DNA of 64,000 nt from the NCBI GenBank assembly GCA_051294375.1, contig CM119265.1, positions 25,255,132 through 25,319,131 on the forward strand. Reading direction: 5' to 3'. The notes beneath the pieces were generated by a model that saw only the letters and a program-made list of their open reading frames with translations, ran no database searches and was not told where the DNA came from. The position numbers were made by a program, and so were the translations under genes. Below are positions 59,765 through 64,000 of this stretch, one piece after another (position 1 is the stretch's first letter; the number at the start of each line of letters is the position of its first letter). Origin of the DNA: Paraspadella gotoi (lineage: Eukaryota; Animalia; Chaetognatha).

Positions 59765-61140
59765 ATCTATTTATTAATTTTTAATTTTTTCTTTCTTTCT
59801 ATTTTTCTTTCTTTCCTTTCTATCTTTCTTTCTTTCTATCCTTCTTTCCTAAAAAGAAAATGACTCAATCGAAAAAGTATGAAAACATCAGATGTTTGTG
59901 AAAATGAAACTTGTCTCGGCCCGGGTTGGATGGCTTTCGTTCTGAGATGTCAAACGTTTAAATTAAATTCTACGACAAGATTTAAAAAAAAAAAAGGAAA
60001 ATTCCATGGCAGAATTTTATGACGAAAAAAGTTTATGACGAATTTCTGACAGGCGTAACGCTCCGAACGACGGCGAGGTATTAAATTCTCTCCAACGAGG
60101 AGGATTTAACTTACTTAAACTCATTTAAACTTTTAAAATCTGGGAAAATATTTTAATTGCAATGTCTCTTAATAAAACGGAGAATATATAACGAAATTAC
60201 TCGCTTTTTTTTCGAATATATTTAACATTGGTCGATTCCATCTGGCTCTGGACCAATCAGAGCGCTGTATTCCATTTTTGGTGATTTCTCCCCGAGTCTA
60301 TGATCCGATTCGGTCCGGTTCCATTTGATTACATCTTTTGAGTTTCGAGATCTTCTGTAACGGTAATGTCACATTATCCTATTCAACTTTGTATATAATC
60401 ATGGTCTGCCTTAAGAACCATGATAGAATTTCCATGGCTGCACAGTACACATTGATAAACAGGATTACCCGACCACCCATAACCATAACCTCCGCAGCTA
60501 CTGGAGATTACTCGACAACTACGATCAAGTTTCCCCGGCGCCGCAGTTATAAACAGGATTACTCGACAAACCCATAACCATGGCAACGCAACTACGATCA
60601 AGTTTCTATGGCAACGCAATAACGATGAGGCTCAACCTTTTGTCGCTCCATAACTTTTTCGCGTCGACGAGCGGGAGACGATTTTTGACGCGAGAGGGTG
60701 ACACTTTTTCTTTCTTTTTTTTTCTTTCTTTTTTTTTTCCCCCATCTATCATAAAAGCTTCATAGCCCCCTTCCTCCTCCTCATTTCTCCCCTCCTCCTC
60801 ATCCCTCCCTCCTCCTCCTTTCCCCCTCCTCTTCCTTCCCGCCCTGTGTTTATCTTGATGTTTCATTTACGTCGCTCTATTTTTAAAATAATAATTTTTC
60901 ATGAAAAAATTTAAAAAAAAAAATCCTGATTAAAAAAAAATCTTTATATACAAGCGTTTCGGTCTTTTTCCGTTTAAATTCATCGCACGCACGCGCGTTC
61001 GATAGATTTTTAGAAATTTCATTAGTCGCTGAAATACGTCCGACGTTCTGACAAAACTAACAAATGCTAAGAAGTGCTAAGTACGTAATAAGTTTTCATC
61101 CTTCATCAATCCGAAATTTCTTTCCTGATCTTGAGACCGG

Positions 61141-61225
61141 GCTTGCGGGGTTTTTTCCAGGCTTCAAAGGCGGTTTAAAGCCGTCCTCACGTTTCCCATA
61201 AAGTATGTACCTCGCTGAGATCGAT
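61141..61225 (-). mobile_element. ~290-bp repeat family, fragmentary copy 4
   Basis: gggttttttccaggc...aggcggtttaaagccgtcctcacgtttccc matches 19160-19212. Confidence 0.6.
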
Positions 61226-61564
61226 AGTGGAACTACAATATGCATATGCAGGGCGAACAGAGCAATACTCGCTAAATTCACCTAAAAAACAAATCATGTT
61301 GTCAATGAACTTTCGAACAGTACACAAGAAATCCCATCACGACTTCTTTGTCAGTCACAAATTTCCATTTTGCTCGCAAAGAAATTTTCAATCAGGCGTC
61401 GACCTCCGTCTATTTTTAGCATCTTTGCATCTGAGGAGATTTCATCTCAGATTCGAACAGAAGACGATTTTTCTTTTTTTGTAGAAAGTTTTCGTCGTTG
61501 TTGTTGTTGCCAATGTAAAAAGTAAGCTGGATAAATTATAATAAATGTAAAACTGACGAGTCAT

Positions 61565-62003
61565 CAACAATCTCCGTTCTTCCAAGTCTTTCGCTGACAA
61601 TATCCGTTCTTCCAAGTCTCTTGGCAATAACCACCATTCTTCCAAGTCTTTTGCTGACAATATCCGTTCTTCCAAGTCTCTAGACAAAAATCTCCATTCT
61701 TTCAAATCTCTAGCTGACAATATCTGTTCTTCCAAGTCTCCAGACAAAATTCTTTGTTATTCCAAGTTTTTTGCTTACAATCTCCGTTCTTCCAAGTCAC
61801 TTGACAAAAATCTCCATTATTCCAAGTCTCTAGACAAAAATATCCATACTTCCAAGACTCTCACCGACAATCTCCGTTCTTCCAAGTCTTTTGCTGACAA
61901 TCTCCGTTCTTCCAAATCTCTTGACAAAAATATCCATTCTTCCAAGTCTCTTGCTGACAATCTCCGTTCTTCCAAATTTCTAGCTGACAATCTTCATTCT
62001 TCC
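61565..62003. repeat. 30-bp minisatellite, ~14.5 copies
   Basis: Units gacaatctccgttcttccaagtcttttgct and gacaaaaatctccattcttccaagtctcta. Confidence 0.92.
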
Positions 62004-62225
62004 ACGTCATTCTCACGCTTTAGCCGACGACGTTACGTGTCAAATCCACGTCATTATGCGTCAAACCGACGCCATTTCGCGTCAAACCGACGCCATTTTG
62101 CGTCAAATCCACGTCATTTTGCGTCGAACCGACGCCACTTTTTTCTCAATTCCGTTTTTAGATTTCGTTTCCTCCACCGACAGGCTGTCATTCGTCAGTC
62201 AGTCAATTAGTCTTCCTTGAGTTCC

Positions 62226-62276
<51 letters not shown>

Positions 62277-62388
62277 ACCCTCCTCTCTATTCTCATTTTT
62301 AATCTTTTTCTCTCTCCCTAGACAACGGTTTGAGTCACTAGCGATCTTAAGCTCTCTTTCTCTAACTCTGTCTCTCTCTCTCTCTCTC

Positions 62389-62424
<36 letters not shown>

Positions 62425-62568
62425 ATTCTTTCTCTCTTCATACCTTCCCACTCTCTCTCATTCTAATTTTTATTCTTTCTCTCATCCCTGTCAACGGTTT
62501 GCGTCCCTAGCGATCTTAAGCTTATCTTCTCTCTTCTCTCTCTCGTCTCTCTTCTCTCTCTCTCTCGT

Positions 62569-62618
<50 letters not shown>

Positions 62619-63772
62619 ACGCGCTGCGCGCCTCGTCTCACTTCTTCCGATTTTCGCGATTTCTCGAGTGAGACTTTGAATTCCTTTTTTGCGTCTCATT
62701 CTATATTATCTACGTGTTGTCACTTTCATCGGTTCAATTTTATCAGTTTCATTGCTTCCGTTTTAACAGTTTCATTGCTTCCGTTTTAACAGTTTCATCG
62801 CTACCATTTGATCAGTGTCACTGCTTTGATATTATCATTTTTATGGTTACCATTTTATCACTTTTAACATTACCATTGCGAGAATTTTTTTCTTTTCCAT
62901 GTTTATCGAATTGAGATTGAGATAAAGACGAAGTCTTTTACAACAACAAAATCTCATCGTTGTTGTAAAAGACATGTTTCGACTCTTCATCTGCGAGCAA
63001 AAAATATGTCCGATTTTTATTAAATCTCACACTAACAGCAAAAAAGAATGGCTAACTACAATGTAAACACTACCATTTAATCTGTTTTATCGCTTCCATT
63101 TTACAAGTTTTATCACTTCCATTTTATTAGTTTCATCACTTCTCTTTTATCAGTTTTATTTCCTTCATTATAACAGTTTCATCGCTTCAATTTTATCAGT
63201 TTCATCGCTTCATTTTTATCAGATGTATTGCTTCCTTTTTATTACTCCCATCGCACCTATTTTATCACTTATCATCGCATTTCATCTTTTTTCGTTCAGA
63301 TGTTTTCTAACCGTTTCTCCCACAGTTTTTTCGATGACAATTTAGTTTGATGGTTTCTTAAACTGTTTAAACATTAACTTGTACATTTTTCTTTATTGAA
63401 AACGTCAGAGAGTGAGAAAGATGATTATTTCATTTAATCATGTTTTTTTACATCAAAACTGATTTTTATTACAGAACGAATTCAGCTTAGCCATAGCCTT
63501 TATTTGCTGTCATGTTTTTCTCTTTTCAGAAAGGATATCAAACGCTTTTTTTTTTCACTCGATTGCTTTTTTTTTCCCGCATCAATCGCCACGTCATTTT
63601 TATTATTTGCCGTTCAAGCGCCATCTACGATTCTACAATCTCTTTTCTCGTTTCCTATGTTTAATTCGACGAAAAAATAAAAAGTAAAAAATAAAACAGT
63701 CAGAAAAACATCATTGGCCAAAGTAACAAGTTTTCCTTTTATTTTCTTTTACTACTTCTTTCACTATTTTAT

Positions 63773-63852
<80 letters not shown>

Positions 63853-64000
63853 AATTTCTTTCTATCTTTCTCTCTCTCTCTTTCTATCACTATTCCTGCA
63901 ATTTCTCATTAACAACCGCGCTGATTCAAACTCTTAGTCTCATATGACTCGCGTTTCCTCCGTCAAATTTGCACCTGTCTGATTTTCGACCCTTTGTGTT

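Overview
AT-rich, microsatellite-dense metazoan (probably invertebrate) genomic DNA from a draft assembly with seven N-gaps. Most ORFs in the six-frame track are translations of simple repeats. The main content is a spliced minus-strand gene for a Golgi type II GT31-family beta-1,3-glycosyltransferase (B3GALT-like). Nine exons were traced by hand from 28716 to 10083 (~366 aa). Introns 1-7 have GT-AG ends and consistent phases; the exon 8 donor is inferred. A probable second N-terminus with its own TM anchor lies at 30208-29866. An intact tRNA-Asp(GTC) lies at 54860-54931. An unidentified membrane-protein-like ORF runs in from the left edge. Two large duplications carry indel-riddled copies of GT31 exons and look like long-read or gap-filling artefacts: a ~4.5-kb-arm palindrome (1781-11255) and a ~5.5-kb tandem duplication (27544-38808). 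Dispersed non-autonomous elements include a Helentron/HINE-like family, a MITE family with a telomere-like interior, and a ~290-bp structured repeat with a partial twister-ribozyme-like motif. I found no clear new multi-gene system. The best leads are the structured repeat, the dual TM-anchor exons and the orphan ORF.
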